From: Porphyromonadaceae bacterium
GTDB taxonomy: Bacteria > Bacteroidota > Bacteroidia > Bacteroidales > UBA12481
NCBI GenBank assembly: GCA_007280905.1
Contig: QYQM01000070.1
Span: 69-64,068 of the forward strand
DNA: 64,000 nt
Direction of reading: 5' to 3'
Shown: piece by piece, positions 17,101 to 26,100 of the stretch
Layout: every line of letters starts with the position of its first letter
How positions within the stretch are numbered: the stretch's first letter is position 1
Notes under the pieces: model-generated
Seen by the model: only the letters and a program-made list of their open reading frames with translations
What the model was told of the DNA's origin: nothing
Database searches by the model: none
Made by a program: the position numbers and the translations under genes

Positions 17101-17575
17101 CACTTCACCCGACAGTGTCTGGATTAAACTGGTTGATTTAAAACCGCCGAGTACCCAAGCCTGGGTTTGGGATACCACGCAGGTTAACCTTCCGGAAAAA
17201 GCCCTGACATCCAGGGCACAAATTGGTTTCTTTTATGATAATTCAAACCAATTTGCCTGGGGTGCAGCAGTTGACGATGTGGATCTTTTCGTGAATACTA
17301 CCTCTGTTCAAACTATTGACAATCCTATCTCGATGAGAGTATTTCCCAATCCTAACCAGGGCCTGTTCAGTGTCGAATTAGCTTCCGGTGCAACAGGTAA
17401 AATCAAACTGCAGGTAGTCAATATCACCGGTCAGGTGATTCTCGAAAAGTGGTTTGAAAATAATTCGGGAACATTGGTGGAAATGATCGACCTTGGTACT
17501 CAGCCGAAAGGGGTGTATCAACTCACCATCCGGTCGAAATCCGCCGAATGGATACAAAAGATAACGATCCAATAG
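14198..17575 (+). CDS. Sortilin/VPS10-like BNR (Asp-box) beta-propeller protein with FN3, choice-of-anchor-J-like domain and T9SS type A C-terminal sorting domain (1125 aa)
   Basis: Signal peptide; multiple 'S.DGG.TW' Asp-boxes ('THDGGLTWAS', 'SDDGGLTWQQ', 'TLDGGENWTK', 'SENGGDTWTL', 'SVDGGKNWQI'). C-terminal 'FPNPNQGLFSVEL...LQVVNITGQVI...GVYQLTI' is a Por secretion tail. Confidence 0.8.
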   Translation: MTHKPLMLLLLSVFLLMGGLSVSAQNKPVTAPKDYASYPYWIDMMQDPHGNFFEIQKAFYTYWEGREVTRGTGYKPFKRWEYYWQYRINPDGTFPEPGQVYREYNNYVQTHPVDAGLKTGQAVWQELGPKSRVDYGGYVGVGRINAIGFHPTDTATVYIGAPSGGFWITHDGGLTWASPTDNLPTLGVSAILVNPTSPNLILIGTGDRDGGNSNGLGVFRSDDGGLTWQQFNTGMGNVTVGMFARPESNLRFILAAANGGIFKTLDGGENWTKTSPDNSNYRDVKFKPGSITIAYATADNGFYRSENGGDTWTLVPTSSGYPNGGRLVIGVTPANDSLVYLVGGAAKFQGCFLSRNFGQSFVTQSTTPNILGYEYDGSDDKSQAWYDLMIHIDLTNPLIVYVGGVNIWKSVDGGKNWQIVGHWWGDRTNEVHADQHTFAFNPANNRLYAGNDGGIYYTGNQGTSWKEISEGLGIGQLYKIGVSNTDSKKITGGFQDNGSATWTGTNWLNSGGGDGMECAVDPYDARYSYTSLYYGSLTRYYNNSGGRNVAAKGTNGITEDGAWVTPFLISESGGNTMVVGYKNIWISQNVKSNGTITWTKISDNLAGRNDVNMSVLEQSPADFNFLFAARSDNKLFRTDNLLTPPVVWTDITSRLPVNGNPSDLECHPYDPNTVYMVLNQKVYKSTNKGSSWQNISGSLPAINISTIVFDKTSNEGLYIGTDAGTFYKDADRSDWVMYGESFPVSVGVSELEIYNDPRNRAESRLRASTFGRGVWEINLAESHAVLPPALLTATTVDSNIELTWVPPFYEQNIQGYRIYRNGEFLTMISGVSFTDMNVESDVTFTYKISALYIGGIESGFTNEAFATIVSPIELPYSQPFEKGTAGWTAKFSYEGWKYGTAETLAVTGRDGHFFAANSAAAGEGVQVKDYLFTPVIDLSSYTGKTITLKFAYTMRKYRTYDKFSVVYRTSPDSVWIKLVDLKPPSTQAWVWDTTQVNLPEKALTSRAQIGFFYDNSNQFAWGAAVDDVDLFVNTTSVQTIDNPISMRVFPNPNQGLFSVELASGATGKIKLQVVNITGQVILEKWFENNSGTLVEMIDLGTQPKGVYQLTIRSKSAEWIQKITIQ

Positions 17576-17589
17576 GCGAGAAATTAATA

Positions 17590-20500
17590 ATGAAAACAAT
17601 GGCCTCCCGTTTCATTGGTATCCTTATGATATCAATAGCTTTCGGCTCTGTGGCTTTTGCTCAGAACCGGAGTAACCCCGCCGTTACTGATTATGCTTCA
17701 AATCCACGGTGGATTGAAATGATGGAGGATCCTAAAGCTAATTTTTTTGAAATCCAGAAAGCCTTTTATACTTACTGGCAAGGCCGGGTTACCCATCGGG
17801 GCGATGGGTACAAACCATTCAAGCGCTGGGAGTATTATTGGCAATTCAGGGTTAATCCTGATGGGTCCTTTCCTCCGGCTGGCCAGATATTACGTGAATA
17901 CGAGCGGTTTGCCGCTGAACAGCCGGAGGGGCCGGGATTCAAATCGGGCAATGCAAACTGGATCGAACTCGGTCCTAAAACCCGTGTTGACGTTGGTGGC
18001 TATGTCGGTATCGGCCGGCTGAATGCCATTGCCTGTCACCCATCGGATACCAGTATTGTTTATGCAGGGGCTCCCTCGGGCGGACTTTGGAAATCGACCG
18101 ACGGAGGGAAAAACTGGGCGGTTCTCACGGACCGGATGCCTTCGCTGGGCGTTTCCTCTATCCTGATACACCCATCGAAGCCTGATGACATCCTGGTTGG
18201 AACGGGCGACCGTGATCACGGGGATGCCCGTGGCATCGGAGTCATTCACAGCACTGATGGAGGCACAACCTGGGAAATGTACAATAAAGGGATGGGTGAA
18301 TTTACAGTCGGAATGATGGATCGGAGCGACTCCAACCCGGATTTTATTCTGGCAGCCACGAACCGTGGAATTTTCAAAACCTCCAACGGCGGGGCTCAAT
18401 GGGAATTAAAATTCAATCCCGAAGGAGCTGCTTTTAAAGATATCAAGCTAAAACCGGGCAATTCAAACATCGCTTATGCAACCTCTGTTGGTGTTGTTGG
18501 TTTTTATCGCAGCGAAGATGCCGGCGAAACCTGGGTCCAGGTTCCTGATACCGCCGGAGTACCCACGCAAGGCAGATTGGTTATCGGAGTTACTCCGGCC
18601 GCCAGCAACCTGGTTTACCTGGTTTGCGGTGCAGCTGCTTATGTGGGCTGCTTTGTATCCCAGGACGACGGTAAAAACTTTATCCTGCAGTCGGCTTCTC
18701 CAAATATACTCGGGTATGCTTCTGACGGAAGCGATACCGGAAGCCAGGCCTGGTATGACCTGTCTATCTTTGTCAACCCTGTAAGCGCTCAGGAAGTCCA
18801 TGTGGGAGGAGTAAACCTATGGAGATCGGATAATGGCGGAAAAAGCTGGAAAATTACTGGACACTGGACAGGCAGCGGTGCTGCCGAAGTTCACGCCGAT
18901 CAGCACACTTTTTACTATAATCCGGTGAACAAACGGCTCTATGCCGGAAATGACGGAGGTATCTATTTTACCGATAACCGTGGAACTACCTGGAAAGAAA
19001 TCAGTGTAGGGCTCGGAATCGGACAAATCTATCGTCTCGGGGTCAGTGTAACCAACCCTTATAAGGTGGTTACCGGCTTCCAGGATAACGGAAGTGCCAC
19101 CTGGACGGGCAAGGAATGGCTGACTTCAGGCGGAGGCGATGGAATGGAATCCGCAGTTGATCCAACTGATTATCAGTATAGTTATACAACCCTTTATTAT
19201 GGCACTATCACGCAATTATTATTTAATGGTTACAACCGCCAGGTTGGCGGCAATGGAACCGGGGGTATCGATGAAACTGGCGCCTGGGTCACTCCTTATC
19301 TGATCCATCAGGACGACGGAAACACCATGATAGCCGGTTATAAAAACATCTGGATCACTCATGACCTCAAAAATCCGAATACCCTTTCGTGGAAGAAAAT
19401 CTCCAATAATCTGGCCGGAACCGATGACGTTTACGTGGCCGCACTGGAACAGTCGCCTGCCCAGCCGCAGATGCTGTATGTTTCACGTTACGACCGCAGA
19501 CTGTTCCGAACCGACGATTTTAATAAACCAATCCCGGTTTGGATCGATCTGACATCGAATTTACCCATTGAAGCAACCCCAAGCGACCTGGAATGCCACC
19601 CGTTTGATCCGATGACCGTTTATATGACACTGGCCGGACGAGTGTTTAAATCGGCTGATAAAGGGGAAACCTGGACAGACATCAGCGGGTCCCTTCCTTA
19701 TATTTCCATGAACACCATTTTCTTCGACGAATCAAGCGTGGAAGGGCTATACGTTGGAACTGATGCAGGCGTATATTTCAAAGATGCCGGAATGACCGAC
19801 TGGGTATTTTACAATACCAACCTGCCTTTATCGGTTGAAGCAAGTGAACTGGAAGTTTATTACGATCACCTCGACCGTTCAAAATCCAGGCTGCGTGCTT
19901 CCACCTTCGGACGGGGATTATGGGAAACACCGCTGGCCGCCTCCGACCCCATTCTGCCTGCCACCTTTCTTGAGGCTGTCAATGGCAAAGACAAGATAAC
20001 CCTATATTGGAACACGCCATTTTACCCGCAATACGTATCAAATTACAAGATCTTCAGAAACAATATCCTGTACGGCGTCAGCAGCACTCTATCCTGGTCC
20101 GATGATCAGGTTGAACACAATACAGACTATACCTATTATATCGTTGCAGAATATGCCAATTCTACTGAGGCAAAACCTTCCAACGCAGTATCATCCATCC
20201 TGATTGATCCCGCGACACTTCCCTATTCTGCAGATTTTGAATCCAGTACCGCGGGATGGACTTCTACCAAAACAGTTAACGGATGGAATTACGGCACTGC
20301 CGGCGAGCTCGGCATTTCCGGAAATGACGGATATTTTTTTGGCATTAAGGGTGTAGAATCGACTGCCGATAATAAAGTTACCGATTGCCTGATTTCCCCC
20401 GCCGCCGATCTTTCCTCGTACAAGGAGTCAGTGGTAACTCTGTCATTTGATTACAGTTATTTACGGTCTCCTGAATTTGGCAAATTGAATGTCGTTTACC

Positions 20501-20976
20501 GGGTTTCGCCTGACAGCACCTGGGTATCCCTGCTAAGCCTGAGCCCTCCAAATGCCAGCATTTATGCCTGGGACAGCGTAACCCTCATCCTTCCGGCTGA
20601 AGCGCTGAAGGCAGCCACGCAGGTTGGATTCCTCTATGAAAACCATGGAAACTCAATTGGAGGAGCCGGAATTGACAATATTCAACTGACCGCAAGATCA
20701 ATGGGGATTCTTGAAAATAGTACCCGGATATCCTGCCGGATCTTCCCGAATCCAAATAACGGCATATTTCAGATTGAAGTAACCTCGAAACAGCCGGGCA
20801 AGATCAGCATTCAGATAATCAATCTGAATGGCCAAATAGTGCTTGATGAACAATTAAACAACGATAACGGTCAGATAATCAAATCCTTTGACCTCCGGAG
20901 TCAGGCCAAAGGAGTCTATCAAATCCGTATTCAAACCTCAGAAGGCAACCGGACCGAACAAATAATGATTAAATAG
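17590..20976 (+). CDS. Tandem paralog of 14198-17575 (sortilin/BNR propeller T9SS cargo, ~1128 aa)
   Basis: Collinear with the upstream gene along the whole length (e.g. 'NFFEIQKAFYTYW.GR....G.GYKPFKRWEYYWQ.R.NPDG.FP'). Ends with 'FPNPNNGIFQIEV...IQIINLNGQIV...GVYQIRI'. Start set at 'MKTMASRF...' because the track start at 17548 overlaps the upstream gene. Confidence 0.8.
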   Translation: MKTMASRFIGILMISIAFGSVAFAQNRSNPAVTDYASNPRWIEMMEDPKANFFEIQKAFYTYWQGRVTHRGDGYKPFKRWEYYWQFRVNPDGSFPPAGQILREYERFAAEQPEGPGFKSGNANWIELGPKTRVDVGGYVGIGRLNAIACHPSDTSIVYAGAPSGGLWKSTDGGKNWAVLTDRMPSLGVSSILIHPSKPDDILVGTGDRDHGDARGIGVIHSTDGGTTWEMYNKGMGEFTVGMMDRSDSNPDFILAATNRGIFKTSNGGAQWELKFNPEGAAFKDIKLKPGNSNIAYATSVGVVGFYRSEDAGETWVQVPDTAGVPTQGRLVIGVTPAASNLVYLVCGAAAYVGCFVSQDDGKNFILQSASPNILGYASDGSDTGSQAWYDLSIFVNPVSAQEVHVGGVNLWRSDNGGKSWKITGHWTGSGAAEVHADQHTFYYNPVNKRLYAGNDGGIYFTDNRGTTWKEISVGLGIGQIYRLGVSVTNPYKVVTGFQDNGSATWTGKEWLTSGGGDGMESAVDPTDYQYSYTTLYYGTITQLLFNGYNRQVGGNGTGGIDETGAWVTPYLIHQDDGNTMIAGYKNIWITHDLKNPNTLSWKKISNNLAGTDDVYVAALEQSPAQPQMLYVSRYDRRLFRTDDFNKPIPVWIDLTSNLPIEATPSDLECHPFDPMTVYMTLAGRVFKSADKGETWTDISGSLPYISMNTIFFDESSVEGLYVGTDAGVYFKDAGMTDWVFYNTNLPLSVEASELEVYYDHLDRSKSRLRASTFGRGLWETPLAASDPILPATFLEAVNGKDKITLYWNTPFYPQYVSNYKIFRNNILYGVSSTLSWSDDQVEHNTDYTYYIVAEYANSTEAKPSNAVSSILIDPATLPYSADFESSTAGWTSTKTVNGWNYGTAGELGISGNDGYFFGIKGVESTADNKVTDCLISPAADLSSYKESVVTLSFDYSYLRSPEFGKLNVVYRVSPDSTWVSLLSLSPPNASIYAWDSVTLILPAEALKAATQVGFLYENHGNSIGGAGIDNIQLTARSMGILENSTRISCRIFPNPNNGIFQIEVTSKQPGKISIQIINLNGQIVLDEQLNNDNGQIIKSFDLRSQAKGVYQIRIQTSEGNRTEQIMIK

Positions 20977-21092
20977 ATCGACATGAACCTGTGAAAATAT
21001 CCACCCTTATCCTTTCAATAGCAATGATTCCATTCGGGAGGAACTATTGCTCTTTACCCCTCAGCCAGGCTTCCTCCCCAAATAACCCCATT

Positions 21093-21836
21093 ATGCAAAA
21101 ACGATACTGCCTCGCGCTTGATCTCAGGAAGGATTCTGCCCTGATCAGCCAATACAAACATGTTCATACCAAAGAAGGCATCTGGCCCGAAATTCCAAGA
21201 GGAATCAAAGAGGTCGGGATAACTGATATGGAGATATACCTGTGGGACAACCGCATGTTTATGATCCTGGAAGTTCCCATGAACTGGGACTACGATTCGG
21301 AAATGGCCAGACTAGGCAAATTGGAGAAACAAGCGGAATGGAGTGACTATGTTTGGCAGTTCCAGCAGCTTCTCCCCTATTCTAAAAACGGAGAAAAATG
21401 GATCCAGATGGAAAAAGTGTTCCACCTGAATCCTGCCGGTATAAAAGGAACCGCAAAAGCTGGTTATACCGAGCCGACCTATGATAAACCCTCCAAACGA
21501 TTTTGCGCGACACTGGACCTCAGGGATAACCCGGAATTAATCAGTCAATACCGCTATTATCACTCGCCCGAAGGACATTGGCCCGAAATATCCAAAGGGA
21601 TCAGATCAGTCGGGATCTTCGATATGCAAATCTACCTTATCGGCAACAGGATGTTCATGATAACGGAAACGATACCTGGTTTTCAATGGAACGAGCAAAT
21701 GCAAAAGCTGTCGACCCTTGAAAAACAGAAGGATTGGGAGGCCCTGATGAAAAAATTCCAGCAGGCACTGCCCGGAACAAAGGAGATAAAATGGGAGCTT
21801 ATGGAAAATGTTTTTGATCTGAACCGTGATTTTTAG
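21093..21836 (+). CDS. Fused tandem L-rhamnose mutarotase (RhaM/DUF718-like) domains
   Basis: Two homologous ~110-aa halves: 'KRYCLALDLRKDSALISQYKHVHTKEGIWPEIPRGIKEVGITDMEIYLWDNRMFMILE' and 'KRFCATLDLRDNPELISQYRYYHSPEGHWPEISKGIRSVGIFDMQIYLIGNRMFMITE'. The ATG at 21093 is preferred over the upstream GTG at 20991, but that 34-codon extension cannot be excluded. Confidence 0.7.
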   Translation: MQKRYCLALDLRKDSALISQYKHVHTKEGIWPEIPRGIKEVGITDMEIYLWDNRMFMILEVPMNWDYDSEMARLGKLEKQAEWSDYVWQFQQLLPYSKNGEKWIQMEKVFHLNPAGIKGTAKAGYTEPTYDKPSKRFCATLDLRDNPELISQYRYYHSPEGHWPEISKGIRSVGIFDMQIYLIGNRMFMITETIPGFQWNEQMQKLSTLEKQKDWEALMKKFQQALPGTKEIKWELMENVFDLNRDF

Positions 21837-23110
21837 TTGCCTTTGAGCATCCCTTTAACCACATTCAAATCTCCATCAGTTTTAGCAGGTGTGATCTCCA
21901 GCAGTTTCGCCAGCAATTCGTAAATATGGACATTTTCGAAGGCAGGTTGCACAAATCCTTTCTTAAACGAAGGCCCGTCAGCATAGAAAATCCCATGCAT
22001 ATCCCGATTATCCGGATCATACCCATGCATCCCCAAACTATACTGCATCTTGCGCCTTGAGCCTTGCGCCTTGAGCCTTGAGCCTTGCGCCTTGAGCCTT
22101 GAGTTTATTGCCTTGTGCCTTATTTCGAGGCCCCATGCGCTATCGGCTTCAACTATGAGTTGCGGTATGCGCAAATGGGTCCCATAATGATAGCGGGCCG
22201 GCAGCTCTTCACGCTTCCATACTTTCAGGTGCGGAGTCGATCTGAGCTGGTTGTATACCTCATCCAGATAAGCAGGCTCCGGTTCCAGGTTGATGACAGG
22301 ATTGCCCCCGTTTATTCTTTTTATCTTTTTCAGATCTAAAATATCTTCGAGAAAAACCTGCTGTCCTTCAGGAATATAACCCATTCCATGGTCCGAAAGG
22401 ATGATCAGGTCAATTCCCAGGCCGGACTTCTTTTCAATTCTTTTCAATACATCCGTCAGGACCCCCACCAGCCGGTCGAGTTTCTTTACTTTCTCTTCCG
22501 TTTCCTTGCTGACCGGGCCAAAGTCATGACTCGTTTTATCGGGTTCATCGAAATAGAACATGATCAGTGCCGGCCGTTCATTTGAAGGGAGAGATAACCA
22601 GCTGAATACGGTATCGATCTGCTGTTTAAAAGGGAATCCCTCCTCATAAATTTTTCTATTTTCCGGGCGGTAACGCTCATTGCTTTCGGTACCCACCCAG
22701 AAATAAGATGCTGTTCTGACTCCTTGTTTTTCAGCCGTTTCCCAAATGGCTTCCCCTTCCCAGAAAATTGAATCCTCCACGGCCTGGCGATCCCCCATAC
22801 GGAAAACACGGTCGAGCTTCGGATCATAAAAACTATTCTGTACGATACCATTATGATCAGGATAGAGGCCCGTAGCGATGGCGTAATGATTCGGGAAAGT
22901 TTTAGTCGGATAGCTTGGCTTCAACGATTCTGCTCTGCAGCCTGCTTTGGCCAGCCGGTCGAGGTTTGGGGTATGATAAATTGCAGGATAGTCCCACCTG
23001 AAACCATCCATCGACAGGACTACCACACAATGATTATCTATCACACCCGCAATCAGAAAAGCTGGAGTCATCAGGAAGGCAAAGAGACAAAGGCGAAGTT
23101 TTTTTAACAT
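21833..23110 (-). CDS. Ectonucleotide pyrophosphatase/phosphodiesterase (alkaline-phosphatase superfamily), secreted
   Basis: 'VVVLSMDGFRWDY', nucleophile region 'YPTKTFPNHY', 'ILSDHGM', 'GMHGYDP'. A heptamer-repeat-encoded insert lies just before the GMHGYD motif. Confidence 0.8.
   Translation of the reverse strand: MLKKLRLCLFAFLMTPAFLIAGVIDNHCVVVLSMDGFRWDYPAIYHTPNLDRLAKAGCRAESLKPSYPTKTFPNHYAIATGLYPDHNGIVQNSFYDPKLDRVFRMGDRQAVEDSIFWEGEAIWETAEKQGVRTASYFWVGTESNERYRPENRKIYEEGFPFKQQIDTVFSWLSLPSNERPALIMFYFDEPDKTSHDFGPVSKETEEKVKKLDRLVGVLTDVLKRIEKKSGLGIDLIILSDHGMGYIPEGQQVFLEDILDLKKIKRINGGNPVINLEPEPAYLDEVYNQLRSTPHLKVWKREELPARYHYGTHLRIPQLIVEADSAWGLEIRHKAINSRLKAQGSRLKAQGSRRKMQYSLGMHGYDPDNRDMHGIFYADGPSFKKGFVQPAFENVHIYELLAKLLEITPAKTDGDLNVVKGMLKGN
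22050..22119. repeat. Ten tandem heptamers (TTGCGCC/TTGAGCC family) lying in frame inside the phosphodiesterase CDS
   Basis: Parsed unit by unit from 22050. On the coding strand they translate as 'HKAINSRLKAQGSRLKAQGSRRK', with a 21-nt (3-unit) period giving RLKAQGS. Confidence 0.9.
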
Positions 23111-23136
23111 AATGTATGACGGTTGGCAAATGGTTT

Positions 23137-23171
23137 ACAAAAGAAAGCCCCGTTAATATTAGCGGGGCTTT
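23137..23171 (-). terminator. Rho-independent terminator after the TonB-dependent receptor
   Basis: 9-bp stem 'aaagccccg'/'cggggcttt'. On the minus strand it is followed by 'TTTCTTTTGT'. Confidence 0.7.
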
Positions 23172-23188
23172 ACAATTATGTTCGCAAA

Positions 23189-26100
23189 TTAGTTAAAAAT
23201 ATATCTGATCGAAAGTTGTGCCTGCCATCTCGAACTCAGCAGCCCAGAGTCATCAATTCCCATAATACTGCCTTTAGGCTTGGTAAACGAGAATTGCGGA
23301 GTGGTTCCATCGCTCTTGAATCCTTGAAACTTGATCAGCGGGTAGGTACTGTAATAAGCCCCTGAAGCATAATATATGCGGCCCCAATCTTTATTGATCA
23401 GGTTACCCAGATTGTATACATCCAGACCGATTTGCAAGGTATTGCGTTTGCCTCCTACATTAATGTAGAAATCCTGTGCAATATGTAAGTCAAAGATGTT
23501 GGTAAACGGAACTCTTGAATGATTCCTTTCAACATAATTCCCTTTACGGGTGCTAAGATATGCATCGCTATTAATGAATGCTTCGAGGTCAGTCCACTGC
23601 TGGGCAGCAGAGAGGGTTACATCGCCCGCACTGTTTTTCAGGTCAACCAGGAAAATATCACTTTGATCTTTAGGAACATACATCAGTTCAAGACTTTGGT
23701 TGTCCTCTCCCAGGTACTTTGAGGAACCATCGGCGTAACCATATGAGAACCTCTCGCCGGACTGACCGGTGTAGAAGAGGGATATCGTAGTTGCGGCATG
23801 ATTGGCATAATCGATCTTATAGGATAAAAAGCTTACAATACGATGACCCAGGTCGAAATTGGAGATGGACAGATCGAGGTCGTTTTTCCCGCGAACGTTC
23901 GGAACACGCCATTGCGAAGAGTTCTGCGAAGAAACACCGTCGTTCATAGAATATGCACGGCCGAATGTATAGGCAACGCTACCCGAGAATCCTTTGGAGA
24001 AATTCTTGGTTAGCTGACCGGTAATATTATATGAATAACCTTTGTCGGTATTCGTTCCTAAAATAATATCGGTGTAGGCCCTGTTCTTATTGGTATTGGG
24101 ATCTTTGCCAAGGGCAATCTTCGACCAGATCGGACGATCGTCGCCGGTACCGGTAAGAGAATCAGTCTTGACATAGGCCAGATTATAATACATGATATTA
24201 TTGATGGTTTTGGAGAAAGTAAAGTCAATTGTTCCGACCAATCCCCAGGGAAGCTTTTTGTCAAGGGCAATTCCGGTACGGAAAATTTTTGGGAATTTGA
24301 AATCCTTCGCGAAGATATCCACCTGTCCTGACGGTTGGGTGGGTGGCAGTGACGGTTGATTGTTCCACTCGTGATTAAACAGCAATTCAGGTGAACCAGC
24401 GGCAGTAACCCTCATACCTCCTGTGATGACGGCATTATTCTGGAATGAAGCTCCCGGCCATACATAAGGAATGCGGCTGGTAAAGAGTCCGGCACCTCCC
24501 CTGATCTGAAGGGTTTTATCTCCCAGAACATCATAGTTGAATCCAACGCGCGGGTTGAGCATGATTTTGGGTGACGGAGTCTGCCCGGTTTTTGCACTTT
24601 TCAGATCCCAGCTCTTTTCTACTAAAATCGGAATTACATTATCATTGAAATCAGCATTGACTAAAGGCTGATCCAGGAACATAGGTATATCTGCACGCAA
24701 TCCGTAAGTCAGGTTAAATCTGTCACTGACCTGGAACTTATCCTGAATATAGAAACCGAATTGAACCGCTTTAAAGTTGGCAGCTGCCACTGATCCGTCG
24801 CCGGTAATATTATCAACTGCCGAAAATGTACGGTCGTATTGGTAAGCAGGTTTATCACCAAGAAAATCGGCGATACTGTTGAACTGGTAAGAACCGAAAT
24901 TCTGGCGGATGAACAGGTTGTACATCTTGTAAAACTCATTATGTGTACCAATAGTAATGGTATGCTTTCCAAAGTTCATGTCAAAATTGTCGGTCAGGGT
25001 AATAATATCCTGCTTCAGGTCATTTGCGGTTGAGAACTCTTCCGAGCCAAAGTAAATGTTGCTGTTGCCATCTTTAATCCTTACATATGGGAAATTATTA
25101 CCAATCGGATCTCTGTCATCCCTGACAAAAGTCAGGCCTAATATCAGGTTGTTACTTAACCTGTCGTTGAAATTGCTTTTAAGTTCAACGGCTGATGAAT
25201 TGGTAGTTGACGGGAAGAGGATACCGGAATTGGAGTATCTCAGGTTCGTTGTGCTCGAGTTACCCGGGCTAACCGAAACACCCCTTGTGTATTGATGCCT
25301 GATCATCAGTTTGTGCACTTTGCTGATATTCCAGTCAATGCGCCCGAATAACTTGGTTCCGTCAAGGGTCCTGCTGGCACCATCATAAACGCCCGGATCA
25401 TATCCCCAGGCAACCAGTTTGTCGTTCAGCTGAGTCAATTCCGCTGCGGTGACTGTACCCTGATAAGTGCCAAAATCAAATGGCTGGGGTGTTTCCTCTT
25501 TCTGAATTTCAGCATTAACAAAGAAGAAGAGTTTATTCTTGACAATCGGACCACCTAATCTGAATCCATAAATGCTTGAATTAAAGTTAGGAAGGTTAAT
25601 CCTCTGCTTGGAAGTATCATCAGTAGGGGTTTTTCCTGCCAGTGTTGCATTTCTCATATAATAGTAAGCCGATCCCTGAATCTCGTTTGTGCCCCGGCGT
25701 GTAACGGCGTTAATGCCGGCACCTGCAAAACCTCCGATTTTCACATCAAACGGAGCGACCTGAACGGAAAATTGTTCAATGATGTCAATACTGAACGGAG
25801 AAATACCGGCCTGGCCTCCATTGGTTCCCTGGTCAGTCAATCCAAAAACATCGTTACTGACAGCTCCGTCAAGATAAATTGAATTGAAGCGGTTATTCGT
25901 CCCGGCAATTTCAATACCGCCCAACTGGGTTACCCTGGCCTGAGGAGTTAACCGGGTAAAGTCAGTAATGCCCCTTGCAATGCTGGGCATACTTTGAATT
26001 TTTTCAATGGTGACATTAGTTTCCGTTCCTGTACTGTTCCCATCGAAAACATCCTTATCGCCACGTCGGCCAACTATGGCAATTTCGCCTAGCCTGACTT

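Noticed and set aside
17890-18399. 169-aa minus-strand ORF, and similar ORFs at 14668-15036, 15290-15625 and 18463-18801
   Set aside because: All are antisense to the two large BNR-propeller genes, whose frames are continuous for more than 1100 codons and mutually homologous.
21833-21836. 4-nt overlap of convergent stop codons (RhaM fusion versus NPP), and the 48-nt convergent overlap at 30206-30253
   Set aside because: Such overlaps are real but common in compact genomes. There is no evidence of antisense regulation from sequence alone.
22050-22119. Could the short tandem arrays (here and at 1-68, 56097-56166, 62233-62416 and 13083-13137) be CRISPR arrays?
   Set aside because: The units are 7-8 nt and directly abutting, with no 25-40 nt repeats, no unique spacers and no cas genes in the window. 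They are simple tandem repeats.
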